From NCBI GenBank assembly GCA_012026655.1, contig JAAILG010001041.1, positions 1-64,000 on the forward strand: 64,000 nt of DNA, read 5' to 3'. The stretch is from Hydrolagus affinis (lineage: Eukaryota). The first letter of the stretch is position 1. Each line of letters starts with the position of its first letter. Position numbers and translations under genes: made by a program. Shown here piece by piece: positions 1-12,339 of this stretch. The notes beneath the pieces are model-generated. The model had not been told where the DNA came from and did no database searches. It worked only from the letters and a program-made list of their open reading frames with translations.

Positions 1-271
1 ATGAACCCCATATAATGCCCATATGGAATGGCCCATATTCTGCCCATATACTGCTGGCGCACATGGGCCCCAGGTGAACCCCATATAATGCCCATATGGG
101 ATAGCCCATATTTCGCCCATATTTTACCCAGATTTGCCCAGATGGGCCCCAGATCTAACCCATATGGGTTATCTGGGCTGGCCCATATGGGTCCCATATG
201 AATCTTGGGTGCAGAATCCTGTGGGGCCCATATGGGACCCATATGGCCCCCACATGGGCTTGCTACCTGGG
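1..271. mobile_element. Terminal/subterminal region of a probable non-autonomous CACTA/EnSpm-type DNA transposon, truncated by the window edge
   Basis: Dense CCCATAT/ATATGGG motifs in both orientations. A 73-bp period is visible: TGAACCCCATATAATGCCCATATGG at 2-26 and 75-99. The array ends sharply at ...TGCTACCTGGG (271), whose reverse complement CCCAGGTAGCA resembles the CCCAG termini of fish EnSpm elements. Confidence 0.55.
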
Positions 272-1699
272 ATCTTGTGAAGGAGTCTGATTTAAATAGA
301 GCAGTGTATATATGTATGTATATCTGCTCTTCAATTACACGGGATCATCAGAGTCTCTGTTTTACTGGGATGCACAAGGGATTTCAATGTGACAGGCCTC
401 TGAGTCATTCATTCTACCCCCTGGCTTGAATGTCCTTCAAAGTGCTCCTTTTTATACAATAAACAATCATGCTGTTTAATGTTTTCACACCATTTTATAC
501 ACTTCTCAGTATGTGAAAATGAGCAAGGAATGGTCGTACCAAAAGGAAATCGCAGGCAGTAAAATTCCTTGAAAGGGGCCTGTCAAAGCCAAAGCCATGT
601 GCTTGTCCCAAATCTAAATAGCCGTGCTAACAAATTGCTTTTCTAATTTAGCCAATAAAGTTACCTTCCTTTGCAAGCTAATATTATTAATATTTATCAG
701 CCAACAAAATATTAAATAACATTGAAGGAATAAGCATTATTTCCCATCCTACCCCCTCAAAATATGCAAACTATGCTCTCTTGCATAGAACCATTTAATG
801 GCTATTTTACAGCTCTTAATAGGTAGTTTGGAAAGTGTGTGCTGATGCCTGCTGTTACCTGTTTGTGATTTCTCATTTGCCATGTTCGTAATTTTTTTTA
901 TATACGGAGCAGTTTAATTGCTGTAGTTTTGCTTCTTTTTCTTTCGTTATAAATTTCCAATAGTCCAGGGTTTTTTTTTCTCTCTGAAGCCTGAGGATAT
1001 TGTTAGATTGTGTGATAATGGAGTGAGGAGGTCTCTGAGAACAACAGCGAGAGACTGTATCTAATTCGCACCTCGCCACAAACACATCGGAACTGACACG
1101 TCTGATTTACTGCTGGACTGTTTGACAGGTGTCAGGCCTCAACATTTACAAAACACACAGAGAATGCTGCAAACGAGAATGCACTAGTAAAATGTGAAAT
1201 AATAAGATCTAATTCCAAAACAATTAACACCTCTCTTCTGTGTCCACACAGCAACTTTGTTGGAAATTAATATATATACAGAATATATTTTAAATGTTTG
1301 ATATGCTCCGCTCATTAGCTTCTTTCCACTATTATTAATCGCCCGAGGCCCATGTAATAGGAATTCACCTTCTACAGAAATATGATGTTGTCTTTTTAAA
1401 CAAAAAGAAACACACGTGGCATTATTCCAATGTGTGAACCAAATCCTATTTGCAGAAAATTAAATATCACACTCAAAACCTTTCCCCTTTCCGACATATC
1501 AACAAAGAATTCCCAGCAATCGGAATCGTTTCCCAGACAACATATAGGAAGTTCGGGGTTAGTGGACAATGTGGCAATAGGGAGACATTTGGCACATAAT
1601 TCTGAATCGAGAGAATAGTTTCTTTAAGAATATATTACACCGTAGATTCATAGAGTTTAATCTGAGAAAAACAACCTCACCAGCATGTTATGTCAGTGT

Positions 1700-1870
1700 G
1701 TGGCATTGTTCAGATTCACACTTTCAATGCAGAGCAGAAGGCCGCAGGTTCAAATCCACACCTGTGCCAAGCCCAAACTGAACATTGGTAGTGGAGCAGC
1801 AACTGACCTTGGCCTTCCACCAATTCGATCCACTGACCCTCTGTAGGAAGGTTTGTGGACAACAGGTTAA
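1700..1870 (+). mobile_element. Possible old tRNA-derived SINE remnant
   Basis: B-box-like GGTTCAAATCC near 1747-1757, followed by CAACTGACCTTGGCCTTCCACC, which weakly resembles a Meta-domain core. Highly diverged. Confidence 0.25.
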
Positions 1871-1964
1871 GAGAGGATTAGGCTTCATTGTGAAACTCCA
1901 CCCCACCGATTTGTTAAACAGCCCATCAGCACAGCTAGATTGTTACGCTAAACAAAACACATAA

Positions 1965-2198
1965 CACTGCAGATGCTGGAAGTCTGAATCAAAAACAGAA
2001 ATCGCTGGGAACACTCAACAGATCAGGCAGCATCTATGGAGTAAGGGAAGTGAGTCAATGTTTCGGGTCCACGACCCTTCGTCAGAAGATTCAGTCAGAA
2101 GATGAGTTCTGATGAAGGGTCGTGGACCCAAAACGTTGACTCATTTCCTTTCTCCATAGATGCTGCCTGATCTGCTGAGTGTTCCCAGCGATTTCTGT
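1965..2198. mobile_element. Penelope-like fold-back (inverted pseudo-LTR) element
   Basis: Inverted arms of about 92 bp at 1995-2087 and 2107-2198 with few mismatches and a 19-nt spacer. Each arm contains a hammerhead core motif. Confidence 0.8.
2102..2144 (+). ncRNA. Minimal type I hammerhead ribozyme motif (G12 mutated to A); a mirror copy lies on the minus strand at about 2050-2090
   Basis: Stem I ATGAGTT(2102-2108)/GACTCAT(2138-2144); core CTGATGA(2109-2115) plus one extra A; stem II GGGTC-GTG-GACCC; AAAA in place of GAAA; palindromic ACGT stem III; GUU cleavage triplet. Confidence 0.7.
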
Positions 2199-3429
2199 AG
2201 ATTGTGACGCTCATTGTCTGGGTTCTCATGTTGATACTGGTTATTACTTGGGGAGTAAACTGGAAGCATTTAGAATCTGTGGAACAAAACTTCCACCAAG
2301 AGGACCTACATATAGAAGAAAATCTGAGAAAAATGTGGAGAATAATACTAAACCTCAATCATTTGAACATAAAATGCTGGAAATTGTGATTCAGGCGTTT
2401 AAACTGCTTAAGATTGCAGAATTGACCTGGGAACCAGTTGAAAATATCATTAAGAAAATAGCTGCCCACTGAAGGCCATCGAGAAGGCAATTGGTGCTTT
2501 TTTAACGAGTTGTGTTCCTGAAAACATAAAGAGCAATAAACGAGGCCGTATTCATGAGTTGTTAGACAGGGGTTGATTGTGCCTTGGACAGAGGCCACAG
2601 TATTTTGAAGCCTTGCAGAAGTAAGATGAGCATTCAAGGATAGTCCACTATCGATGACTTGATATTCCAGTCATCTGGAAATGAAATGATCTCTGAGGAT
2701 TCTCTCGGTTTTCTTGTTAACCAGCTTTGAAAGAATCATTTGGAACCAAGAAGAGTAGGAATTTCTGAGGTGCACATGTATCCCTCGGAGACCAGAGGAG
2801 AATTGATTGAATTAGAGAAGATGATAGAACGCATTTAAGATGCATTTTATTGGCTGGTCCATTCTCATTGTGTCCCTTTTATTTTCAAAGGCTTCAGTCC
2901 AAACTCTTTTTCTTCACTTTTTCCTTTAGCGCTGCATTTTGTGCTGATCGAGATGAGAGATGAGAATGCTGGAGAACAGAACATTGTTCTTTTTAAAACA
3001 TGAGATAGTGATAGTTGCAGGGAATAATCTCACCCCCCCCACACCCCCAACCATTGTACTAGTGTAGTGTTTTCATTTCCCACTCCACCCGTCTCTGACC
3101 GAGATTGCCAATTCCGTGCGGAATTTGGTTTTTATGCGGTGGACTCCGCTCCACTGGGAACTGCAGAAACTCATTTAATTTAGCAAGGCAAACAGGATTC
3201 TCAGCTGCATTGCCAAATCAGATGAGTTTAGACGCCCAGACTTCATGCTGAAACACTGCTGTGCACTGGTTAGACAATGACTGGAGTGTTGCATATATAT
3301 TTCTGTCCCTCACCACACGAAGGGAGCCTCAAGTTGCATTATGTTTGTTTCTTCTTGGATGCAGAAAGTGAGCCGTGCTAAAGTTAAAGCGCACCTTTTG
3401 TAGTCAAATACTGTTCCCTTCGTTTCATG

Positions 3430-3844
3430 TACCATCTTTCATCCCGGTGAGGATGTCTCACTGTAAAGTGCAGTGACTGAGTGTATTTCACAGGTGAATG
3501 AGGCAACTCATTTCACACAGGAATTATCCCTCACAAACTGACATGAAATGAAAGGCCACTTTTACCGTGACGATTGTTGGCCAGGACATTCGCTTTTTAT
3601 TGTGGAGTAGTACACAAATAATAATAGTACACAGAGATCTTTGACATCCATTTGCATAGGCAGGCGGGATGGACCCTAGTTTCATATCTGATGGCAGTTT
3701 CAAATGATGGCACCTGCAACAATGCAGCACTCCCCCAGCACTGCGTTGGTGTGTCATCCTTAATTGTATGAGTTGAAAGTGCTAGCGTGGGGCTTGAGCC
3801 TACAGCCTCCAGACTCGGAGGTGACAAGGCTACCAGCTCAGCCA
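3430..3844 (-). mobile_element. Deu-domain SINE, long form, old copy
   Basis: On the minus strand: tRNA-like head, Deu core (TGTCCTGGCCAACAAT) and a 3' part shared with the other copies in the window. Confidence 0.7.
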
Positions 3845-4674
3845 GACCAACAAATATTTTAAGGGCAGGGAGCAGGTGCATGATAAAGTGTACATTTACT
3901 TCAGGAAATGCTCGGTCTTTGTGCTTGGCTTGTAACTCATCTGCTTGTATTATATTCAAAATAATACGAGTGTGTGGTTTAGGTCAATGGAAAAAAAAGC
4001 TCAGACATTGAGGTGTAATTTGAACCACGGTTCCTCAAATGTTGATGTATAAGAGTTAATTAGGGATTTTTAAACATATAAATAGAGAGAATGTATAACA
4101 GGAAAATAACTGCTCTTTATATCTTGAACATTTGGAAGGGTTCAATCCAAGTCTTGTTAAATCCAGCACAATAAGTTCCCCCACAAAACCATTGTTTTGG
4201 CAAGAATAAATTCTCACACAGTAAAAAGGATCTTTGGAAAAAGCAACCAAATTTCTCTGACTTTTTATTCACAGGTTGGATATTTGCTATTGATTTTTTA
4301 CTTTTTTTTTGAAAAAAAGCAATAAATCCTGCAGTGTCTGCAAATTATGCAGTTGTGATTTGTTTCATAAACTGCAAATAGCGTTGTGAATCACGTGTTT
4401 CCAATGCTTGCATTGCATTTAAAAATGGAGCCAGCAGGATAATGACTTATTAACTCACCTGAAGTGATTTGGAGTTGATGCCAATTCTGACCAGTGGTGT
4501 GCTGCCCTGAAATGAGATGACCCTTTGAAGCTGAATAAAGCACACGAATCTGAAGCCACTGATCAGAATTGAATCTCTGAACTTCAAGGCACTGTGGTAC
4601 TAAGTAGTATTAAGTAGTACTCAGTAATGAAGCATATTGTGCAACACACAGTGGATTTCCATTTTAATGCTCTT

Positions 4675-4760
4675 CATAGATCCATAGAATTGGACAAAAC
4701 AGGAAGAAGGCCATTCTGCCCTTGGTTTCCCATTGACTCTCTCAAAGAACAATCCTTTCA
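4675..4760 (-). mobile_element. CR1-type LINE 3' tail remnant
   Basis: CATAGA...ACAGGAAGAAGGCCATTC...GCCC, similar to copies at 7010, 21878 and 47271. Confidence 0.45.
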
Positions 4761-6539
4761 GTCACTGAGCACAAATTAGCTCGCTATAACACAGGGTGGG
4801 ATTTTATGTACCACAAACGTAAGGGGAGTAAGGGGAGTTCCACTTTATGATACAATACTGATTCTGGAAATCAGAAAAATCTACAATGCAGCAGAAGATA
4901 ATTCTACCTACTATTACCATTGAAGCTATCTATCCGAATCACAATTCCTTGCTCATTCACTGTATTCTCTTAACATCCTTCTTCTGTATATGCCTGTCGA
5001 ATGCCTTTTTAATTGCCTCCCAACTTTCTTACCCCTTCAAAGTTACAGCTGTGAAATGTGCACTTAAAAAACAGTTTTTTGCCTCAAGAGAACGGACAGT
5101 ATGAAACAAGCATTTTGTTCAAATATCAACATGTAAATGGAGGTGAGAGGAGAAAGAAGCCAGCGTAAAAGTCACAAGTTCACATTCAGCGTCCACATTG
5201 CACCGGTTACACTTGCGAAACAGCCATTAAATACCAAAGAGTGAATGCTGGAGGAGGAGGAGGAGGATCGTGAATTGTTTAGGAAATGATTATTCATGAT
5301 GGCTGCAAGGCCATGCTGTGATTAAAAATCACATTGCATATTTCCAGTTGTTACGCAGGGAAAGAAAACCAAATTGAAAACCCAACAGGTTTTTTTTTCT
5401 TGTGTGTGGAATTTATTTGCCAGTACCCAAATTTGGCCCAAATCCAACCACTTTACATTTAAATATGCCCGTTCCACTAAAGACGTTAATCATCATTACT
5501 GTCAACTAGCTGTTCATTTGGCAAGAATCCCCATCCACTCCCCTCCCTTCACAGAACAGTTAATGAGTTGGGTGGCACAAGAGCCCTGCTTCTTGGCGGT
5601 CTCTCTGTGTACCCGAATGTGAAGGTATTATTAAAGGCGTTGAATAAAGTGGAGGAGGGTTTTAATCACCCTGAGTGTGAGGTACTGAACGCCTCCCTGT
5701 GGGGTTTATTTGCTTCACTTTGAGGCAAACTGGCAGACGACCAGATGCATGTGAAACGGTAACAAGTATTTAGAAACTGCTGTGCACTAATTTTTTTTTG
5801 CTTATTCCACAGAAAGCTTTTTATTCAATTTAAAAAGCATTCTGCCGAGGTTAAGTCTGGGGCTGGGACAAATGAAATTTACTAACCGCTGGTGGTTCCC
5901 CGGTGAAGCTTTTGGACAGTGCATTAAACAGGCACTGGATCAGTCAGGCTCATTGGGAGCAAGTAAACCAGTTTCATTTATTGGACTACAATTGTCTAAA
6001 CGACTTGGTAAATTACAGAAAACAGACATTAAACTTCATGTTAAAGCCAAGACTGAAGCAATAACTGATTCAGACAGTGCAAAAAAACAGTGTAATCCTG
6101 AAATCAAATGTCAGAATAATTGCTTATAATATATGTAGATTAGCGTACTTTGTGTTTTCAGAAAGAATATATCCCAGTAATTTGTGTATAGTCTTCTATC
6201 ATAACACGTCAATTATTGTATTATAGTTTTATACCACTGGTGCCATAAATCCATTGTGATGTTAGATCCCTGGTGACATCCATCTATCATGTCTTCATTA
6301 TCTCCTCACTTTTTTTCTGTCTGCTTATCCTGGTGCAGGGTTGAAGTAACGGAGGCAAAAGTGCCTGGCACAAAGCAAACTCGATACTTATCCATTAATC
6401 ATTATGGATTCATCTTTATTCATCCATTAATCTCCAAGAGCCGTAAACAGTGAAATTCACCAGTGACGTTTCAGTGAAACAGACTTTCAGTAGCAATGTG
6501 CGCGGTCTTTCCTGTTCACCTCATTCGATTTGGTCATGC

Positions 6540-6922
6540 CAGCCTGGCTCAGTCAGAAGCACTCTGACCTCTGAGTCGGGAGGTTGTTGGTTAAAGCCGC
6601 ATTTTGGGAAATTGAACTCACATAATCTAGGATGACACTCCAGTGCAGGATTGGGGGAGCAGTGTATTGGCAGAGGTGCTGTGCTTCATGTCAATTTTTA
6701 AAGATCACTATTCGGGAAGAGGAGAGACATACTCCCGATGTTCTGGCCAACAATTCCCCAGCACAAAGATTGGTAATTTACTTCATGGCTGTCTGTAGGA
6801 CATTTCTATGCGCAAAATTGGCTGCCAGGGTCATCCACAAAATTGCAATCACTGCACTTTACAGTGCAACTAAAACGTGCAAAGCATTTTGACGTTGTGA
6901 CATGGCACTTTATAAAATGTAC
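6540..6922 (+). mobile_element. Deu-domain SINE, long form, near full length
   Basis: tRNA-like head TGGCTCAGT...CTCTGAGTCGGGAGGTTG, Deu core AAAGATCACTATTCG...TTCTGGCCAACAATT, then the L2-like 3' end. Confidence 0.8.
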
Positions 6923-7009
6923 GAATTATTGATATGTTAGCCCTGACACGCTGACGATCAGAAAGCAAAAACAGAGAGTCATTAGCAGAATTTTACAAAG
7001 ATTTGCAAA

Positions 7010-7080
7010 GAATATACAGCATGGAAACAGGCCACTCAGCGCAACCAGTCTGTGCCAATGTTTATACGCCACACGAGTCC
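7010..7080 (-). mobile_element. CR1-type 3' tail remnant
   Basis: ATACAGCATGGAAACAGGCCACTCAGC...GTCTGTGCC, a typical shark CR1/HE1-type tail in reverse orientation. Confidence 0.5.
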
Positions 7081-8304
7081 AGCGTGTTCATTTTATACAG
7101 CAACACAATCTGAAACATACAGCGGGCCAATATCAAAGAGTACATGTCACCCAATATCATAATTTATTTATCCGCTTTCGGCTCCCAAAGTGAAACCTAT
7201 CATTACCTGCATCTTGTATGTGCTATACCTGACACATAGCATTGTGTCATGCGCCCATTTGAATGCTGCATTATTGCGTCTTTCGCATGCAAATGACAGC
7301 CTTTCACAGGAGAGGAAAGGTAGAATGCAAAGTTTTCCTAATGTTTGAAGGAACAGCTCAGGATCCATCGCTTGCAATACAACTAGGTGGCTGTGAGTTC
7401 AAGGCTGTAATTCAATCCTGGGGTTCTGCTGACATTCATAAACTGCTCAAGCTTTACTCTTGTGGCTTATGACATCTCACAGGCCCTCGATTCAATTACG
7501 GCCTTGTGACTCACTGCCAGCTATCTATTATCCTAAAAGTAATGCTATTTGGTAGGAATTATGATGCAATATGAAAAGTTTTATCAATATAATTTTTCTT
7601 TTTTTTCCCCATTGGAGGCCAAAGACGCTGTGTACTTTGGACAAATGAATGGCTGCCAAGTGCACCTATCACTCTGTTGTTGAAGCTGCATTTCTGTGGG
7701 ACTTGAGTTTGTTTCGTGAATATTTATTACATTTTTTTTCACCACGTAGTTTCCACCTGGCTCAGAAGCATTGAAATGAATACAGTTTCAGGCCTTTTAA
7801 ATGAACTTAGTTGGTTGGCTATTCAATAAGATACCACCGAAATGGCCCTACAGACTCCAATCTGATTAATTGAATGTATTTCCAAATAAATAAACTTTAT
7901 TCTACACATTCGATTCTTCACTTATTGACGGTTCTGAAGGCATTGACAATTTTAAGGATAAGAAAATACAACAAAAAAACCTACAAATAAATTGATTTCA
8001 ACCCTGTGTTCATCACTCATGGTCCTTGTATCCGTTTGCAATGAACTTATATAGAGGCTTCTCAATATAAGTCAGCCATGCAGGCACAAAGTACTGAAAG
8101 CGATAGGTGTGCCAAGTAATTTTCCCCTGTGAATTGTCTGACCTATCCATGTTATGTAGAAGATAACTTCATTTGAAGGACTTTTGCCAGCATTGTTTCA
8201 CTCCACTGCCTTGCCTCACAGCTCTTCAGTTCCGTTTTTTTCTACTTATATTGAAATGCATTGTTTCTCAGGATCCAGGTCATCAGATATATAATAATAG
8301 GAAT

Positions 8305-8457
8305 ATAATCCTTGTTATAGCACCTTATCCAGTGACTTGAGACGTCCCCCCAACCTGAGAGGTGCCCTATAAATGTAATGTTGTTGTTGTTATCAAGTTT
8401 CCAAAGCGTTTTCCCAGGATTTATTGAAGAGTGTAGCAACTGTGTATTCTGTATGGG
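8305..8457 (-). mobile_element. SINE 3' end (minus strand) interrupted by a plus-strand L2 tail at about 8337-8391
   Basis: AATAATCCTTG...TATAGCACCTT, then the insert TTGAGACGTCC...CCTATAAATGTAATG(TTG)n, then CAAAGCGTTTTCCCAGGATTT...ACTGTGTATT. Confidence 0.65.
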
Positions 8458-10814
8458 ATCAATGTCATCAGGAATGTTACCTACTTTGCGGCTCCAACCA
8501 CTCAATCTGAGGTCCCATCCAATTCAGTCCCAGCCTCCATCCCCACCCACCCCTTCCCCAAACAACACAACACACTCTCAGCTCTTTGTACATTGGCTCA
8601 GAGCATTCAGCAAAACGTAACACATTTTTTTTTCATGAATATCAAGACACGTGACTCCATTCTTTGACTATGGCTATCCTTAGCAACTACTTGTATTCAT
8701 AAAGCTTGCTTTATTTATCTATTTAGTTAACGTACATCTGCCCGGTGCTGAGCATAAATATGCTTCAACTATTCCTTGACTCAAGGTATGACAGCCACTC
8801 TCATCTCCATTAAATATGCATCAGTAGATGGTGGCCTTTCTAGTTACATCAGCATACTGTCTTGCTTAGATTATAGAGTGGCACGAAATGTTTGCTTTTT
8901 GTGACAGATTATATAAGAAGTGTGACAGAAAAGTACTGAGATCGACAGATATTGAGTTTCAATGAGTATAGACTGGAGTTTAAGTTGCCATTAAGCAAAT
9001 TGTCAGATGATATCTCATATCTTTGATCTGTCAAATTCTTCCTTCCATTTTTATTAACCTGCTAACCCAGCAATGTCCCAGAAATAGAATCTCGATATCT
9101 GAATTTCTGGAAACATTAGGCCGTAGTGAATTCTTTTCAGGTGAGTTAATGAACACTCATTTATTTGCTGTACCATCCTCAAGCTTTAACATTTAATACA
9201 CTCCCCTCTACTTTGGAAACCTTCCCAGTGTCTACATTTAGCCATACACCACTTAAAAGCACCTACAGTTGTGAGAGTCTGTATATCACTGGAAGAATTT
9301 GCATTAAAGACAGAAAACGCTGACTTTTGTTTTGTTTCCATGTACAGTAATCACAGATGAGAAAGACTAATGATACGACACAGCTTACAGTGATCAAAGG
9401 TGGATCAATCCGCTTTGAGGAGTAATTAACTATTTGCTAAACTTGCACAATTGATTTTCAGTTAAACTAAAGAGAGTGGTTTTAAATGAAGACCGATTTT
9501 CACGGGTCTTATTAGGGGAATGCAGAGCTGGGCAGTAGATACAGCGCATGATAAATTGGTAGCTTTTAATTGGGAGCCAAAAACGCAACAAGAAATAGAT
9601 ATGTAAAATCCAGTTCTGCTTACCACATCCGACAACTGATTGTTTGCTAATGCAATTATACACATAATACAGGCAAATTGATTCCTACTTTGGGGGGAAA
9701 TAGATTCCCTGCAACACAATGACTGAAAGCCACTAACCAAAAAAGCATTCTGAATTAAAGTCAGAGCCAATGTGCCAAGCAATTGGCATAAACTCTGATC
9801 TCCCCTGAACACCAGTGTGTAAATGTATCAGTTGAAGTAAATGACTCATTGGTGGTGTAATTACGTTAGGGACCAATAAGACTGGTTGAAAATCAATTCT
9901 AAGAGGCCAATGTATTTGGTAGAAATCCATGCAGCCAATTCAGTACTACATTAGTCTAGAGGGGCTCCAGCTGACCTCTGTGGGATTAGGGTTGACACTC
10001 CAGTGAGGGGTCTGTCCAGGAAAAGACAGAAGTATCAGAAGACAGTTATCTCTTCTAAATTGGATTACTACGATCCACTATTTCAGTTTGAAATTTCTTG
10101 TGGTCAAGAATTTCTTGTCCCTGCCTCTCACTCACTCAATCTTTTGCCCAGCATTATTTCCTACTGCTTTGCTGTATTTTGCAGCGAAAATTTCCTCCGT
10201 GTGGCCTAACATGTTTGCTACCAAGAGACATTGGACAAGAGACCAAAGTTTGCAGTGGAAAGTTTAAATAGGATTTAATCCCAAATCTTTCTGAATAAAC
10301 ATGCCCAGTGTAAGAGGCTTTAGTTGCTTTGATTTGAATTTAGTCTGGTTAACCCCGTGGGGGCCATTATTATCATATTTTCACATGGAAGTAAAATAAA
10401 TATGATGGAGGTTACTTTTTTAATTACAACTGTGACTAAATATATGCTCTGAGGTTTTAAAAGTAAATAGAATACATCAAAAAAAGCTTTTAAAATCAGG
10501 GAGAAACAGAGGCAGGAAAACATCATACTTTCCAGGTTTGAAAGACCCACCATTTGTTTATTGTGGCCGAGAACACAGAGTTAAATGGGCTTCGATGCAG
10601 CTGATTGGCATAATGGACAAAACGTTCAGTTATTTTAAATTGCACCTCTTAAGTTTGGGGGTTGACAGCTTGATATTTTGCAATCCCAAAATGAAACAGG
10701 ATGCCTTATGAAAAACGCTTGGAATCAGCGTTTCTGGGGAACGTCCTCAAATTGTGGGAAAACCTCTGCATCGCTGCTTTCTCCCTGCTGGACATAACTC
10801 TGGGAACCCCATCA

Positions 10815-10915
10815 GTACAGGGACTGCAACGGTTTAAACACAAGTGGGGGCACATGTGGAGTAACAAACACCTGCGTGGGCCAAATAGGCTGCTTCCGTG
10901 CTGTTAAGTTCTAGG
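10815..10915 (+). mobile_element. CR1-type 3' tail remnant
   Basis: GGACTGCAACGGTTTAA...GGGCCAAATAGGCTGCTTCCGTGCTGT, matching the reverse complement of the other CR1-type tails. Confidence 0.45.
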
Positions 10916-11069
10916 TCAATCTATTAAAAATTCAAAAGAAAAATGCCTTTTCAGGTAATATTTACCTAACGGGATTTATCATTGCCAAAGACTGATAACA
11001 TCAATCTGAATTTCAGCCTAACTCCTTCTTATCATGCTCTGTATCCTAACTATACAAGCAGTTTCTACA

Positions 11070-11288
11070 TTGCAGGATTTTCACTCTGTGTTTTGTGGAG
11101 GCAAATGCAGCAGTCAATTTGCGCACAGCAGTGTCCCGCAAACAGCCGCAAAGTAAATGACCAATTTTACTTAGGCGATGATTGGCCAGGACGTAGGGAG
11201 AAACTCCCCTCTTCTTTTCAAATAGTGCCTTGGGATCTTTAACATCCACCTGAATAGGCAGGCCGGACCTCGGTTTAATAACATCTCG
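11070..11288 (-). mobile_element. Deu-domain SINE fragment
   Basis: Well-preserved Deu core in reverse: TTGGCCAGGAC...GAAACTCCCCTCTTCTTTTCAAATAGTGCCTTGGGATCTTTAACATCCACCTGA...CCTCGGTTTAA. Confidence 0.8.
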
Positions 11289-12264
11289 GAGTGATTTACA
11301 GCGAAAAGCAACTGTACACCCACTGTAAGTGATAGAGGAGACACAAATTCATCCATAGCAGTGTTCCATTTTGGGCCCAAATCTCAGTTAAATTGGATAT
11401 ATCGTTACCAGCACAGTTGAGACTTTCGTGACATGTGGTCCCTTTAAGTATTCATGCAGCGCCACTTTGATATTTAAATTAAGTGTTGAGAATATAGGGC
11501 TCCTGAGGAGCTGCTGCCCACTCGCCCGCCAAGATCAGTACATTTTAATTAACTATACACTAATGCGACATAAGACCGAATAAAATGCCAAAAATGAAAA
11601 GGCAACTGGTTTGGCGTTTTGGATAAGAAGTGGAATGTGACAAAGTGCCACAATGGTAAGCGGGTTTTATTGCACCAGTTAAATTAAATAAAGCCATATC
11701 TTTAGAAATGGCAGCAATAGATCTGTTTGAAATGTGTCTTTGTTATGCTGGTGACATCATTACTCTACCAGCAGAACAAAACTGATGGGGTTTCACTTCC
11801 AATTACTTTCCATAGGAGGCAAACCTCATTCACAATTACTCTCAACAGCAACTTGCAGCAACCCGTTCTTGTGCTGTACCAGATAAACTAATGAAATTAC
11901 CGGCTGCAGCTGCCTTTAATAGCATGTGTAACTGCTTGGGTACATAGTTGGCAGTGGACTTGGAGTTTGTCTTGAAAGCTCAGGTCGTGGACGAAGTTTG
12001 GAATTGGAAGTTAACTCACCGGTCAAAGAGCCTGAATGCATTTCAAAGATTTTGCCTACCAAATGACCAGGATAAATTTTAAAGGTGATTTAAAAAAAAC
12101 TATGATGGAAACTTGCAATTAAAAACAGTCAACAGCCTCGCCCTTTCTTGCCCTCAGTAGTGAGGTGTTCTCATTAGTGAGGTTGCTCACTGTCAGTTTT
12201 GAATGAAAGAAAGAGCAGACTGTGGAAAAAGTGATTTAAATTGTATGTTGGCCTCATTACTGAG

Positions 12265-12339
12265 GAGGACGTCCCAGCGCCTTGGGACGTCCTCCCGACG
12301 TGAAAGGCGCTCTATAAATGTAATTTGTTGTTGTTGTTG
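12265..12339 (+). mobile_element. Young, severely 5'-truncated L2 LINE 3' end with target-site duplication
   Basis: CAGCGCCTTGGGACGTCCTCCCGACGTGAAAGGCGCTCTATAAATGTAAT(TTG)n, flanked by TTACTGAG at 12257-12264 and 12340-12347. CpGs are intact. Confidence 0.85.

Noticed and set aside
1-271. CRISPR-like repeat array
   Set aside because: There are no unique spacers of constant length, the motifs occur in both orientations, the context is eukaryotic and there are no cas genes.
2300-2800. Possible decayed reverse transcriptase fragment next to the fold-back element
   Set aside because: Only vague motif resemblance (e.g. PDDW). I could not assemble a consistent RT motif series by eye.
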